The notes beneath the pieces are model-generated. The model had not been told where the DNA came from. It was given only the letters and a program-made list of their open reading frames with translations, and made no database searches. DNA of 59,698 bases, filler included, from Squatina squatina (Eukaryota): assembly GCA_031763465.1 (NCBI GenBank). It is 3 parts of 3 records of this genome, joined end to end, with 100 filler letters (N's around TTAATTAATTAA, not from the genome) between each part and the next. Parts side by side here need not be neighbours in the genome. Positions count along the whole stretch, not along the records: positions 36,588 to 59,698 come from JARFOE010000203.1; 2 more parts are not named here. One strand, given 5' to 3'. The position numbers and the translations under genes were made by a program. This document shows positions 48,131 to 59,698 of this stretch, piece by piece. Within the stretch, counting starts at the first letter, position 1. Each line of letters begins with the position of its first letter.

Positions 48131-50599
48131 TTTTTTCTTCCTTTCCTCTTTAATGTAATTCGAAGCGGGTTACCTGCTCACTTCAACCAGAAGCAANNNN
48201 NNNNNNATACCTGGCCCAGGTGCTCAATGAGGCATGAGGGAGAATTTGGTTTTAAACTCCTAAATTGAGAAGTCAGGGATGAAATTTTCTTTTAATGTTA
48301 AGTATAAAATTTGAAACAATGAAGAGGAACATGGTTCCGAATGTGTTAAATAGCTTGTTCACTGTTTTGCTTTCACACCTCCAGACTTTTATAACTCACA
48401 CAATCATCTGGATCTAGTACAATATATAATTAACAGCATGAGAAAGGTTCTTATTTCTGAATGCTACCCACGCACGTTATCAGATTAAAAGTTATATTTC
48501 TTTTTGCCCTACACAAACTCCTTCTGTAATAAAAAACACCTCTGCCCCATGACTCAGCGAGATTGTCCAGTGAGTAATGAGATCAGAAAGGACCCAGATT
48601 CATTGTTGTCCCTGAGCTGAGCTTCCAACCTCACAACCTCTCCATCGCCACAACCTCATACTTCCATTTCCACCCTTTCTCGCCCCGCCCCCCCCNNNNN
48701 NNNNNNNNNNNNNNNNNNNNNNNNNNNNNNNNNNNNNNNNNNNNNNNNNNNNNNNNNNNNNNNNNNNNNNNNNNNNNNNNNNNNNNNNNNNNNNNCATGA
48801 GATGTGAAGAATGGGAAACCTATCTGATTTCCCAGCACTGACAAACTTCAAGTTGAAAAGTAAATTATGCATATTTTAGTTAATTTATTATGTGATTCCC
48901 TTTCTGATTAAAAAAAAACACCTAATCTGATTTGCAGATGAATGATGATATGTTTAATTATAATCAATTTGAATTTATATGGTATTTTAATTGCTGTTCA
49001 GTGAAGCAGATATTTGATTATCCTCTACGATTCAAAAACTTGCTGCACGCACCAACTTAACATTTCAAATACTCAGTGGCATAGTCTATGAAATAACCAT
49101 TACAGCTTGAAAAAGCCATGACCTTTTCAACAAATCTACACATGGTCTTTTATAAATGATTCAACGTCAAGCTGTGACAAACAAGCTATCTAAAGGCCAC
49201 CCAATTTATTATGAACATGTTTTGCTTGGGTTAGACATATTTCCGCTTACAATGCAGCCTGGGGGTTATGAGCTGCTCACCACCCCCTCACCTTGTGATC
49301 CTCATCATGTGTACTTCAACTCTACAGTGTGCCTGTTGGATTAGATTTTCGTAAAGAGAAAGATCAAGTGTTGAAAGATAAGCTTTTAAAAAGTGTTTCT
49401 ACAAAAAATTCTGAAATATTCTTAATGGAGGTTGCTTTCTGGTTGTCCTCAGNNNNNNNNNNNNNNNNNNNNNNNNNNNNNNNNNNNNNNNNNNNNNNNN
49501 NNNNNNNNNNNNNNNNNNNNNNNNNNNNNNNNNNNNNNNNNNNNNNNNNNNNAGATAGACTACCATTTATTACCCTGCCTGTGAACTAAGAATAACTTTG
49601 CTCTCTCATGATTAGTGTCATTAATGTGACATAGAAGGGTAATCACTCATTGCAGACAACTATACTTATGAGTATTTCCTTTTTATCCTTTTGCCCAACC
49701 TACAAAATATGTTGTTATCTGATGCAGGCTAGCCATAAATCTTCATAATTACTATATCTGTAGAACAAACTTCAGTCAATGTAATGTGAGTAAACCAGTT
49801 AATAAAAGTCAGTGTCATTTTGGTTCTGTGCTCTTTACTGAGATAACAGCTCATGCTTAATTCTTCTTCTAGGTATATTGCAGTGGATGGGATGTCAAAT
49901 GTTGTTCAGTATAACACTGTAGGGAATCTCACTGATCTTTAACATAGAAAAGGCAAAGCTCAGGCCAAGGATATGTTATAAACCATCAGGGTAGAATAAG
50001 GAGAAAGGCAGTTTATGAAGAGGCAAAATGAATTGAGATTTTTACTTTACCTTGCACTTGAGAAATGGGAATTCTCCAGGTGCAGTGAAGTGAAGACGAA
50101 GAAGAGGAAAAGGGCAGAGACCCATGATGTCAGACCTCGGCCCCTATCGCACTGCTCTGGGGTTTCCTCAGTATGTTTAACTGTAGGAGGCTCAGGCCCA
50201 GCTTTGATGTTATAGTGAGGCAGGAGGGGACATTCCTGGCCTGTCGCCTCCAATTGATACAAACTTTGGGGGCTACCGCGTTGGGGCACCTGAAGAAAAC
50301 TGGCANNNNNNNNNNNNNNNNNNNNNNNNNNNNNNNNNNNNNNNNNNNNNNNNNNNNNNNNNNNNNNNNNNNNNNNNNNNNNNNNNNNNNNNNNNNNNNN
50401 NNNNNTCTTTAAATCATGGGGGCATTACAATCAGGGCTACAGTCTATCCAAGCTCAATGTCTTGGGCTGTAGTTACACAACAGTGCATACGTCAGTGTAA
50501 AGCATTCCTAGAATTATAGCGTAGCTCCAGAATCAGCCACAGAACTGGCTTCGGAGCGAAGTAGGACGAGCCTCCATTCTCCATCTGTTTACTGACAGA

Positions 50600-50812
50600 A
50601 GTACATGGAATGTACAGCACAGAAACAGGCCATTTGACTCAACTGGTCCATGCTGGTGTTTCTATGCTCCACACGCGCCTATTACCGCCCACCCCATCAG
50701 CATATCCTTCTATTCCTTTCTCCCCATGTGTTTATCTAGCTTCCCCTTAAATGCGTCTATGCTAGTCGCCTCAACTACACCCTGTGGTAGTGAGTTCCAC
50801 ATTCTAACCACT
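50600..50812 (-). mobile_element. CR1 LINE 3' end
   Basis: tacagcacagaaacaggccatt..cttaaatgcgtctatgcta..gagttccacattctaaccact; reverse of the 52790-52975 type. Confidence 0.7.
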
Positions 50813-51614
50813 GCAGACACTAGATACGTGATTTCAGAAGATTAGTTGGATCCTCAACTCCAATAAAAAAAATTTTCATTTTTGAATATTGCCACAATCA
50901 TTTTGCACTGAATTAACATTCAAATTATTTCCCACTGATTCTGCATCTTTCAAGACTCGTTTATCATTTTTATAGCATTTTACATTTATGACTATAATTT
51001 CCATTTGTTACCCGCCTTCAGTTTTCAATATTGCACCACTTCAATCACTGGCACCCCTTGAACTTAGAAATAAAGTTCTTTTTAAACAAAACTATAATTA
51101 AGTGCTCTACAACAAACCCTCAGAATATGTCGCTTAGAAGCTGTGGTGAAGATCCTCGGCCTGCAGGAGTTTTCGAATACTGGCCCACTGCCTGTTGGCA
51201 GGTTTCAAAGCCTTTACTTGCATGTCTCGCCAGACTTTGAGGCATGAGATGGCAGCAGCATGGACCTGTCAATGTGCCAACTATGCCCTTGCTCTTCACC
51301 TCCTTTCCCCCCAACCCTCACAGAACTACAGTGTTTCTGGGAGGCCCACCATCGCTGCTCAAAAATGGTGTGAAACATCTATACAAGTGATGCAAAGGCT
51401 CCTCGTTGTTGGTTACAAAGCTTGGATTTACCCAGTAAGACTCATGGCAGTTGGTATAACTAAGTAATCTAACCTCCAATCCCCCAGTTATATCACCATA
51501 TAAATCTGAATACGAAGCTCTGGTTCTCACCCGGACTATTCAAAGAGACATTTGGGACAGGTCTTTATTCAAAATGTCAGCAGATGAATCTATCCATCTC
51601 CATCTTGTGGTGTC

Positions 51615-51890
51615 AGTCATGGCTCAGTGGGTAGCACTCTGTATCAGAAGGCTGTGGGTTTAAGCCCCACTCCAGAGACTTGAACACAAAAATCTAGCCT
51701 TGACATTCAGCAGTGCAGTAGTGAGGGAGTGTTGCACTGCTGAATGTCTTTCAGATGAGGTGTTAAACCAAGGCCCCATCTACACTCTCAGGTGGATCTA
51801 AAAGATCCTGCGGTACAATTTCGAAGAAGAGCAAGGGCGTTATCCCCGGTGTCCTGGCCAATATTTATCCTCCAACTAACATCACTAAAA
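51615..51890 (+). mobile_element. tRNA-derived Deu-domain SINE, 5' head and core
   Basis: A-box-like tggctcagtgg at 51620-51630, B-box-like ggtttaagcc near 51657, Deu core. Confidence 0.8.
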
Positions 51891-52539
51891 CATTGGGCCT
51901 GAAATTNNNNNNNNNNNNNNNNNNNNNNNNNNNNNNNNNNNNNNNNNNNNNNNNNNNNNNNNNNNNNNNNNNNNNNNNNNNNNNNNNNNNNNNNNNNNNN
52001 NNNNNNCAGCACTGAAGGAGGCCATTTGGCCCATTGTACCTGTGCCAGCTCTTCAAAAGAGCTATAAAAATAGTCCCCCTGCTCCTATTCTTTCCCCATA
52101 TCCCTGCAACTTTTCCCCTTAGAGCATTTATCCAGTTCCATAAATAACTATGTCCAACTGTTTTGCTAGAAAACAAACAGAAAAGGTCTGCTGAACAAAA
52201 CCCATAGCCCCTTTAAGAAGCTTTCCTAAAGCCCTACGGTCAGGCACAGCCATTAAAATCTGATAAATTATCAGACACAAGAAAAACATTCATTCCACCC
52301 TCGCAAACTTGCAGGGATAAATGCAAATACAAGTGATATGAGGCTAATTAGTATCTATTATAATCCAAGCACTAATTAGCTTCATTGAAGCATGAACATG
52401 AAGCTCTAATCCTGTTAATGTACAGTTCGGAGGAAGGATTAGATGAAAGTCCATCTTTTGATATGCAACACAAAGCCCCACTCTTGTTTTCTAGTTGAGT
52501 GTTGCTTAAAATCATTACAAAAACCACACACAGGCACTC

Positions 52540-52975
52540 AAGTAGGTGCAACAAGGATTTACAAGGATGATACTAGAACCGAGAGATTATACCTATCGGG
52601 AAAGATTGAACAGGCCGGGACTCTTTTCTCTCAAAAACAGAAGGCTGAGATAGAGGTCTTTAAAATTATGATGGGGTTCAATAAGGCGGAGAAAATGTTT
52701 CACCTTGTGGGGTCTCCAAAACGAGGGATCATAAATATGAGATAGTCAGCAATAAATCCATTAGGGAATTCAGGAGAAACTTCTTTTCCCAGAGAGTGGT
52801 CAGAATGTAGAATTTGCGGCCACATGATGTGGTTGAGGTGGATAGCGTAGATGCATTTAAGGGAAGCCAGATAAGTACATGAGGTAGAAAGGAAGAGGGT
52901 GAGATGAAATCAGGTCGGCGGAGGCATGTGTTGCGCATAAACACTTGAGCTGAATGGCCTGTTTCGGTTCTGTAT
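52540..52975 (+). mobile_element. CR1 LINE 3' fragment
   Basis: IEVFKIMMGF, RRNFFSQRVVRM-like segments and 3' UTR. Confidence 0.8.
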
Positions 52976-55261
52976 AACTCTTCACCCTTGTCTTCAGACC
53001 CCTACATGGCCCTCTTCCACTTTACCTCCACAACCTCTTCCAGCTACTAGTCACCACACAAACCCTCTGTACCTCCAACACTAACTCATTTCTCGTTTTC
53101 TTCCTCAGCATTCTGCTCTCTACTCCATTCTTTCCATCACTGCGCTGCTAGCTGCTGGAACTTTATGATCTTTCTTTAAGTTATGTAATTTTTCCTGACC
53201 ACCCCCTCCAACCAGGTCCTCAACACAATTTTCATCACAGCGTTCACTTCATCAGTCACCTATTTCGTACTTTAACATCTTCTTTGCATGTTTGGGGTCT
53301 TCTCTTCCCCCAGCAAAAAGGTGCTTGCGTTGCAGCACTACCGAGCTTACGAACACTTGCAGGGCCTTGCTGGTAAATCAACATTTCTTATTGCGGTTGA
53401 GTTATTTTCACCAAAGTATAGGATTGTTGGATTAACAAACGTTCCATGATTGCTACTGGCGAAGTGTCTCATTAGGTGCCAGGGAAACATGAAATGTGTC
53501 TTTATTACTAGGGCANNNNNNNNNNNNNNNNNNNNNNNNNNNNNNNNNNNNNNNNNNNNNNNNNNNNNNNNNNNNNNNNNNNNNNNNNNNNNNNNNNNNN
53601 NNNNNNNNNNNNNNNCCTGCTGTAACTAATGTACTGCCTGGCATTTCACCGCTTTGCTTTCCTGCAGTCAATAGTGCTCCCTCAGGTGTGGTCAGTGCAT
53701 ACCTGTGCTATGCAGATTGGAAGTCATCACCCTTTCAGGAAATTCCACGCTATGCGCTGCCTTTTGCATCCCTTCAGTGGGTTGAAAGAAAACCAGCCCA
53801 CATTCTAACCTTGTACAGCCTGCCATACTTGTTGAAACAAACACAAGCAAGATACCACAGTGTTAGGAATCATCAAACTAAGTGTCCCATGGACATCAGA
53901 TGCTTAACAGTGTTTGTGTTGCATAGAATTACATAGAATGTACAGCACAGAAACTGGCCATTCGGCCCACCTAGTCCATTGCGGGGTTTATTCTCCACAC
54001 GAGCCTCCTCCCACCCCTCTTCCTCTAACCCTATTAGCATAACCTTGGAGATGTTACTTACAACGAGTCAAATAATTTGTAAACTTTAGAGATCTTTCTG
54101 GTTTCTGCATTCACTGTTTCAACAAAAAAAAGATGGTTCTCAAAACTTCTACAGAAACATCTCAGTCACATTGATTTTTTAATTATTGCAGGAAGGATGG
54201 TAATGTTGCTTGCAAATCTTAATCATAATGTGGCATTTCATTCTATTGGCCTGGATTACACAACCGCCTGTTTTGGAAAGATTCACTGTTCAGAACTTTC
54301 TGGTTTAATTAAATAAGCATTTGCTTCCAGATTATGGAGACACCTGCCAACACTGAACGTCAAGTTACACCGGAGAGGAATGGCAACTTGGGAGAACAAC
54401 CAGTGGCCCCTGGGTAACCATGGAAACATGTTCTGTCTGAAAGACTCATCATCTCGATAGGCTGCACCAGGGGAGTAGGAAAGCAAATTGGAGGGCAGAA
54501 GAAAAAAAATTCCATTATTAAATGCAATGTAAATGTCTGGTATAAATTTACTGCTCGGTACAACAGCAAATATAAATGTANNNNNNNNNNNNNNNNNNNN
54601 NNNNNNNNNNNNNNNNNNNNNNNNNNNNNNNNNNNNNNNNNNNNNNNNNNNNNNNNNNNNNNNNNNNNNNNNNNNNNNNNTAAAATGATTGATTCAATTA
54701 ACATACAAACACATGGTATAAATGTCAGGAGTTTGAAACTGTAACACACCACTGGAATTATTGGCAAATTGGCCAGGGGAAGATGCCAGCATTCAGCCCT
54801 GCTGAGGGAAGTTTATAAAAGGGGATTTCCCTTAAAGCAGAAGGTCAAAGCTGCCCACACCTGGACCTGGGAACAAATAGGAAGAAGTTATGCGCCATCC
54901 AAAGAAATGTCAAGATAAATATACTCACTGAGGCATGTATGCACACTGAAGCTGTGGTCCCAGTGTAACTGTGAATTTGCTGGACTTTCTGAAAGAGCAG
55001 CTACAGAAGATTCTACAATGTATTATCCCCTTGATGTTACAGACCTTTATTTAATAGGCACATTGAAATGCACAGAGCTCTTCACAGGATGACCGGAAAA
55101 GAAAACAGGCAAATGAGCAGTATGCAAACTACTGGGAACAGTCTGGGCCACAGGGTGGGTTCCTCAATAAACTGGGGTGCTGCTTCCATCACTCATTCAC
55201 AAAAAACATGCTTATAAATGTGTACTGCTTACAGACCAAGGCTGCCCACAACCTTTAGGAG

Positions 55262-55486
55262 CAAATTATACTATTTTGAGGGGGGTACAGGAGCAGAGGG
55301 ACCTGGGGTTGCATGTTCACAAATCTTTAAAGGTGGCAGGGCAAGTTGATAAGGTGGTTAAGAAAGCATATAGGATACTTGGCTTTGTAAATAAGGGCAT
55401 TGCATACAAAAATAAGGAAGTCATGCTAAACCTTTACAAATCACTGATTAGGCCTCAGCTAGAGTATTGTGTAAAATTCTGGGCAC
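55262..55486 (+). mobile_element. CR1 LINE ORF2 fragment
   Basis: EQRDLGLHVHKSLKVAGQVDKVVKKAY..LYKSLIRPQLEYCVKFWA. Confidence 0.88.
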
Positions 55487-55729
55487 NNNNNNNNNNNNNN
55501 NNNNNNNNNNNNNNNNNNNNNNNNNNNNNNNNNNNNNNNNNNNNNNNNNNNNNNNNNNNNNNNNNNNNNNNNNNNNNNNNNNNNNNGGACGCACCCAGGG
55601 TGCTCGGGGCATGAGAAGGGGTTGCGGTGGGGCGTTGAGGGGTCGGCGCACTATCTGATGATGTGGCTCGCCGACCCCTCGCGGAGCCTTTGCGCCTCCA
55701 GGATCCCCTGGGGAATCCTCCGACAGGCG

Positions 55730-55868
55730 AGATGGACGCCTCACCCTGCCCATCTGCCCGTTAGCGCCCCGTTAGATGGACGTCTCACCCTGCCCATCTG
55801 CCCGTTAGCGCCCCGTTAGATGGACGCCTCACCCTGCCCATCTGCCCGTTAGCGACCCGTTAGCGCCC
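55730..55868. repeat. Three tandem 44-bp GC-rich units
   Basis: agatggacgcctcaccctgcccatctgcccgttagcgccccgtt at 55730, 55774, 55818. Confidence 0.92.
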
Positions 55869-55914
55869 CTCGGAGGCACTAACAGTGCATTAAAAAAGAC
55901 CAGTTCCGCCAATC

Positions 55915-56315
55915 TTACAGCACTGAAGGAGGCCATTCGACCCACCATGCTTGTACCAGCTCTTTGAGAGAGCTAACTAATTCGTCCCACTTGCCCTTTC
56001 CTCATTGCATTGCAAATCTTTCAAGTACGTTAACATTTCAATTTCCTTTTGAAAGTTTTTCATTAATCTGCTTCCACCACCCTTTTAGGAAGCGCATCCC
56101 AGATCAAATCAACTCACTGCGTGGAAAAAATCCTCCTCAACTCCCCACTGACTCTGTTGCCAATTACCTCAAATCTGTGTCCTCTGGTTACTGACCCTCC
56201 TGCCAGTGGTAACAGTTTCTCCTTATTTACACTATCAAAGCCCCTCATGATTTTGAACACCTCCATTAAATCTCCCCTTAACCTTCTCTGCTCTAATGAG
56301 CACAATCCCAGCTGC
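55915..56315 (-). mobile_element. CR1 LINE 3' fragment
   Basis: LGLCSLEQRRLRGDLMEVFKIMRGFD..TRGHRF. Confidence 0.85.
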
Positions 56316-57592
56316 AATGTAATAGTTTCAATGTTAAAAATGTATTAATAATCAAACACATTGAATGCAAGTACGTAGGCAGCACAGTGACAAATGATGA
56401 TAGTGCTAAGAAGGCAGTCTCAGAGTTGTTGAAGCTGGTGACAGCTTCAAGAACTTTGAAGAGTGTGAAGTGGTCAAAACATCGTTATTAAAGCTGTGCA
56501 GCACTGTCATACGCTGTGGCGACAAGGGCATAAAGAGACAGGAACATTATTAAATTACTTACACTGTCATTAAATGAGAAACATCGTCAATTAAACTGAT
56601 TCATTTTGTCTCGAATAAGGGAATCTGGAAAATAACACAGGTGAAAGGCATAATAGAAAAAAATCTCAGATGCCTGTGATGCTTTAGCTACAAATAGTTT
56701 TTTTGTCTTATTGAAATGCCTCAGGGAAGGGCCAAGGCCCACAGTGTAGGACACCACACAGCTGAAAAGCTTAGAAAAGAAGATGGGGCAAGTCGTGAAG
56801 TACTGGTTAGATGACACCAAGGGGCCAAAATTCTGTAGCACCAGGCTAGAAACGGTGCACCACTGTTTAGCACAGAAACCGCACCAGTCCGCAATGGCGT
56901 TAAATAGATGCAAAATTCGGTAAATTTTTTGATTTCACCAGGCAAGCACTNNNNNNNNNNNNNNNNNNNNNNNNNNNNNNNNNNNNNNNNNNNNNNNNNN
57001 NNNNNNNNNNNNNNNNNNNNNNNNNNNNNNNNNNNNNNNNNNNNNNNNNNAGGATGAGAAACAGATCCACTTAAATCCCCCAATCCTTCCTTTCATTAAG
57101 GCAATGGTTTGCACCCTCTAATTCCACCTATATTTGGAATTAGGCTGCACTTCATGTCTGCTTTGTATTCTCTCTATCTGCTAACTATACAGTAGTTATC
57201 TGGAGAGAGAGATTATGTTGTGTTCCGATTGCTAGTCAGCGGGTTGTGAAGTGCCGGTTAATTTTTGCACCTTTGATTGACAGCTAGGTCTTGGCTGGCA
57301 CGTGGCTTTGACGTCGATGGAGGTGTCACATTTTATAAGAAATCAGCAGAGTGGGGAGTGGGGAGCTGCGAATTCTTCATCCCTGATTCCGATCCCAGCG
57401 CAGCAAGGACACCTCGCCCTAAATCTTCCCCCCTGCCGGGGGACATTGGTGCACCCAGCCCAGCCCAGCCAGGGGCTGCGGAACCCTGAAGCTGCAAGTC
57501 CACAGTGCGGTTCTGGGTTTTTTCTGGGGGTGGGAGAGAAAAATCAATCCGAAGTTGCATTTGGTCTTTGCAAATTCTAAACAAAAGGAGCG

Positions 57593-57726
57593 ATGGAGCT
57601 GTCCACCAACCCGAGTGCTGAACGGGAGCTGTTCACGGCGGAAGGTACCGAACTGTACTGGAGGCTGGGGTTCAACGCCAGCCGGGAGGATGTGCAGGAC
57701 ACCGAGGGCCACGCCAGCCTGACTAA
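57593..57726 (+). CDS. Candidate first coding exon of a membrane receptor (possibly a GPCR N-terminus), truncated by gap
   Basis: gcgATGG start after a GC-rich leader; MELSTNPSAERELFTAEGTELYWRLGFNASREDVQDTEGHASLT with an NAS sequon; no diagnostic domain visible. Confidence 0.35.
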
Positions 57727-57826
57727 NNNNNNNNNNNNNNNNNNNNNNNNNNNNNNNNNNNNNNNNNNNNNNNNNNNNNNNNNNNNNNNNNNNNNNNNNN
57801 NNNNNNNNNNNNNNNNNNNNNNNNNN

Positions 57827-58350
57827 TAGGAAGGATGTCAAGGCCTTAGAGAGGGTGCAGAAGAGATTTTCAAGAATGGTACCATGGATGAAAGACTTCA
57901 ATTAAGGTGGAGAGACTAGAGAAACTGAGATTTTTTTCCTTAGAGCAGAGAAGGTGAAGGGGAGTTTTGATGGAGGTGTTCAAAATCATGCCAGGTTTTG
58001 ATAGAATAAGTAAGGAAAAATGGTTTCCTGTGGTAGAAGGTTCAGTATCCAAAGGACACAGATTCAAGGTAATTGGCAAAAGAACCAGGGGCAACATGAG
58101 GATTTTTTTTTCTACCCATCAAGTTGTTACGATCTGGAATACACTGCCTGGAAGGGTGATGGAAACAGATTCAATAATAACTTTTAAAAGGAAATTGGAT
58201 AAATACTTGAAGTGGAAACATTGGCAGGGCTATAGAGAAAGACAAGGGGAGTGGGACTAATTGGACAGCTCTTTCAAAGAGCCGACACAGACGTGATGAT
58301 CTGATTGGCCTCCTTCTGTATTGTATCATTCTACGATTCTATGATTCTAT
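57827..58350 (+). mobile_element. CR1 LINE 3' fragment with (ATTCTATG)n tail
   Basis: RKDVKALERVQKRFSRMVP, EVFKIMPGFDR..KGHRFKV..IWNTLP; tail attctacgattctatgattctatg. Confidence 0.9.
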
Positions 58351-58999
58351 GGTCTGAATGTAATCAGTGCATTTCCAGCAATGNNNNNNNNNNNNNNNNN
58401 NNNNNNNNNNNNNNNNNNNNNNNNNNNNNNNNNNNNNNNNNNNNNNNNNNNNNNNNNNNNNNNNNNNNNNNNNNNNNNNNNNNTGAATGAAACTAACCTA
58501 AATCAAACTTTCAACAGTGAGCGATAGATAAATGCAGTATAAGGTGGCTTTGTCTGTCAACCTTAGAAGCTCTCTCACCTCTCTATGCTTCCTCCTCCTC
58601 CCATCTCCAAGTCATAGATATGATGGCTTATATACCAGAAATGCTATTAACTTTCAGTTGTAAATTAAAAAAAAAAAATCAATTTTGATAAAGATGATAT
58701 TCCACAATTTCTGGGTTGAAAAAACTCCCCTTTAATGTGGAATTCATAAGACGGCTATAGAGGAGAATGGAAATTAAATCCAATTCAGTTCACATTCCGA
58801 AAGACACTATAGTCCTCCCAACTGTTTTGGATGAAGTTTTTACCTCGACTATCCTACCCAGAGGCCTCTCTCAAATTCTCAATGTCCAGTTTGTGCTGAG
58901 AATGATCTGCTTTGCAAGTTCCATGAAGGGCACTGAGTGACTGGACTGCGTCAGAGGATTTTGTGCAAGTTTGATTTTTTTTTAATTCAAGCGACTTAC

Positions 59000-59698
59000 A
59001 ACCAATAGGAATCTACTTTTTTTAATAAAAGCAGCACTGAATGAGAACAAAATACACAAAAAAACAATCTTATATAAGATCAACAGTAATTGTTCAATTA
59101 TTTACAACTCATGAAAATGTACATACAACAACTATACAGACTGCAAAAAAATTAATTCATGTGTCTTTTTTGTTTAAAAGGACAATTCCCAATGGAGGTT
59201 GGATTTTAACATGGTCTTTCAACCTTCCTCTCAGTACAGCTGCATTTCATAACTGATGAGCAACTGTGGAAAAATATATTTTGAGCAGACAGTCTGAAAC
59301 ACTGGATCCCCTCAAACTTTAAAAACAGTACCACCCTGGCATGGGTCCAATGAGTAAACCCACGAGCTGGACCAGGGAGAGAGGTACAAGGAAGACTATT
59401 TTAAAATACCCAACACTTTACAAAAAGGAAATGTATTAACATATTTTGCTAAAATATTACATACATGTGCAATAATTCTCTTTTCTAAAAAGGGGAGGGG
59501 GGTTCTTAATCCCTGCCACATAGTATGTGCTGGTTTAAAAAGAAAAATACTAAATTAGATTCTTAGCAGTTTAGCATGCCCAAAGACTCCAGTGTGTAGT
59601 CGCACCCTCATTTCCTTGTCCCAGTGAATTGTTTTATTTGCCCTCCCAGTTTTTCTCCCTTTCTTGTAGTCGCTGACTCTTGTAGTGCAGGAGGGTAC
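59000..59698 (-). other. Possible 3' UTR of an unidentified minus-strand gene
   Basis: Non-repeat, U/GU-rich on the minus strand with ATTAAA at 59021-59026 (minus); no coding exon identified. Confidence 0.3.

Noticed and set aside
51615-51680. tRNA gene
   Set aside because: A/B boxes continue into the Deu core, so it is a SINE head.

Overview
Vertebrate genomic DNA, most likely a cartilaginous fish (inferred from CR1, L2 and RTE LINE fragments plus SacSINE1/Deu-type SINEs), from a very fragmented assembly. Short contigs are joined by 10-N or 100-N gaps, and two artificial N44-TTAATTAATTAA-N44 linkers (21223-21322, 36488-36587) split the window into three independent pieces. Piece 1 (1-21222) has no recognisable host gene; it is dominated by a ~10.6 kb array of a 26-bp unit (consensus GACTCTACTCTAACATTACTGGTGGT) with nested higher-order duplications, flanked by same-strand CR1 remnants. 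Piece 2 (21323-36487) has exons of CDYL2, DYNLRB2 and WWOX (human 16q23 neighbours) and four RTE copies. Piece 3 (36588-59698) has E2F2 (promoter and one coding exon), ASAP3 (three exons, including an SH3 exon) and TCEA3 (two exons, one followed by a U12-type AT-AC donor), in the human 1p36 order. Gene calls rest on recalled protein sequences, splice signals and synteny, not on a database search. I find no convincing new biological system; the best leads are the structured 26-bp array, the SH3-bearing ASAP3, the minor-class intron and the E2F2 promoter module.
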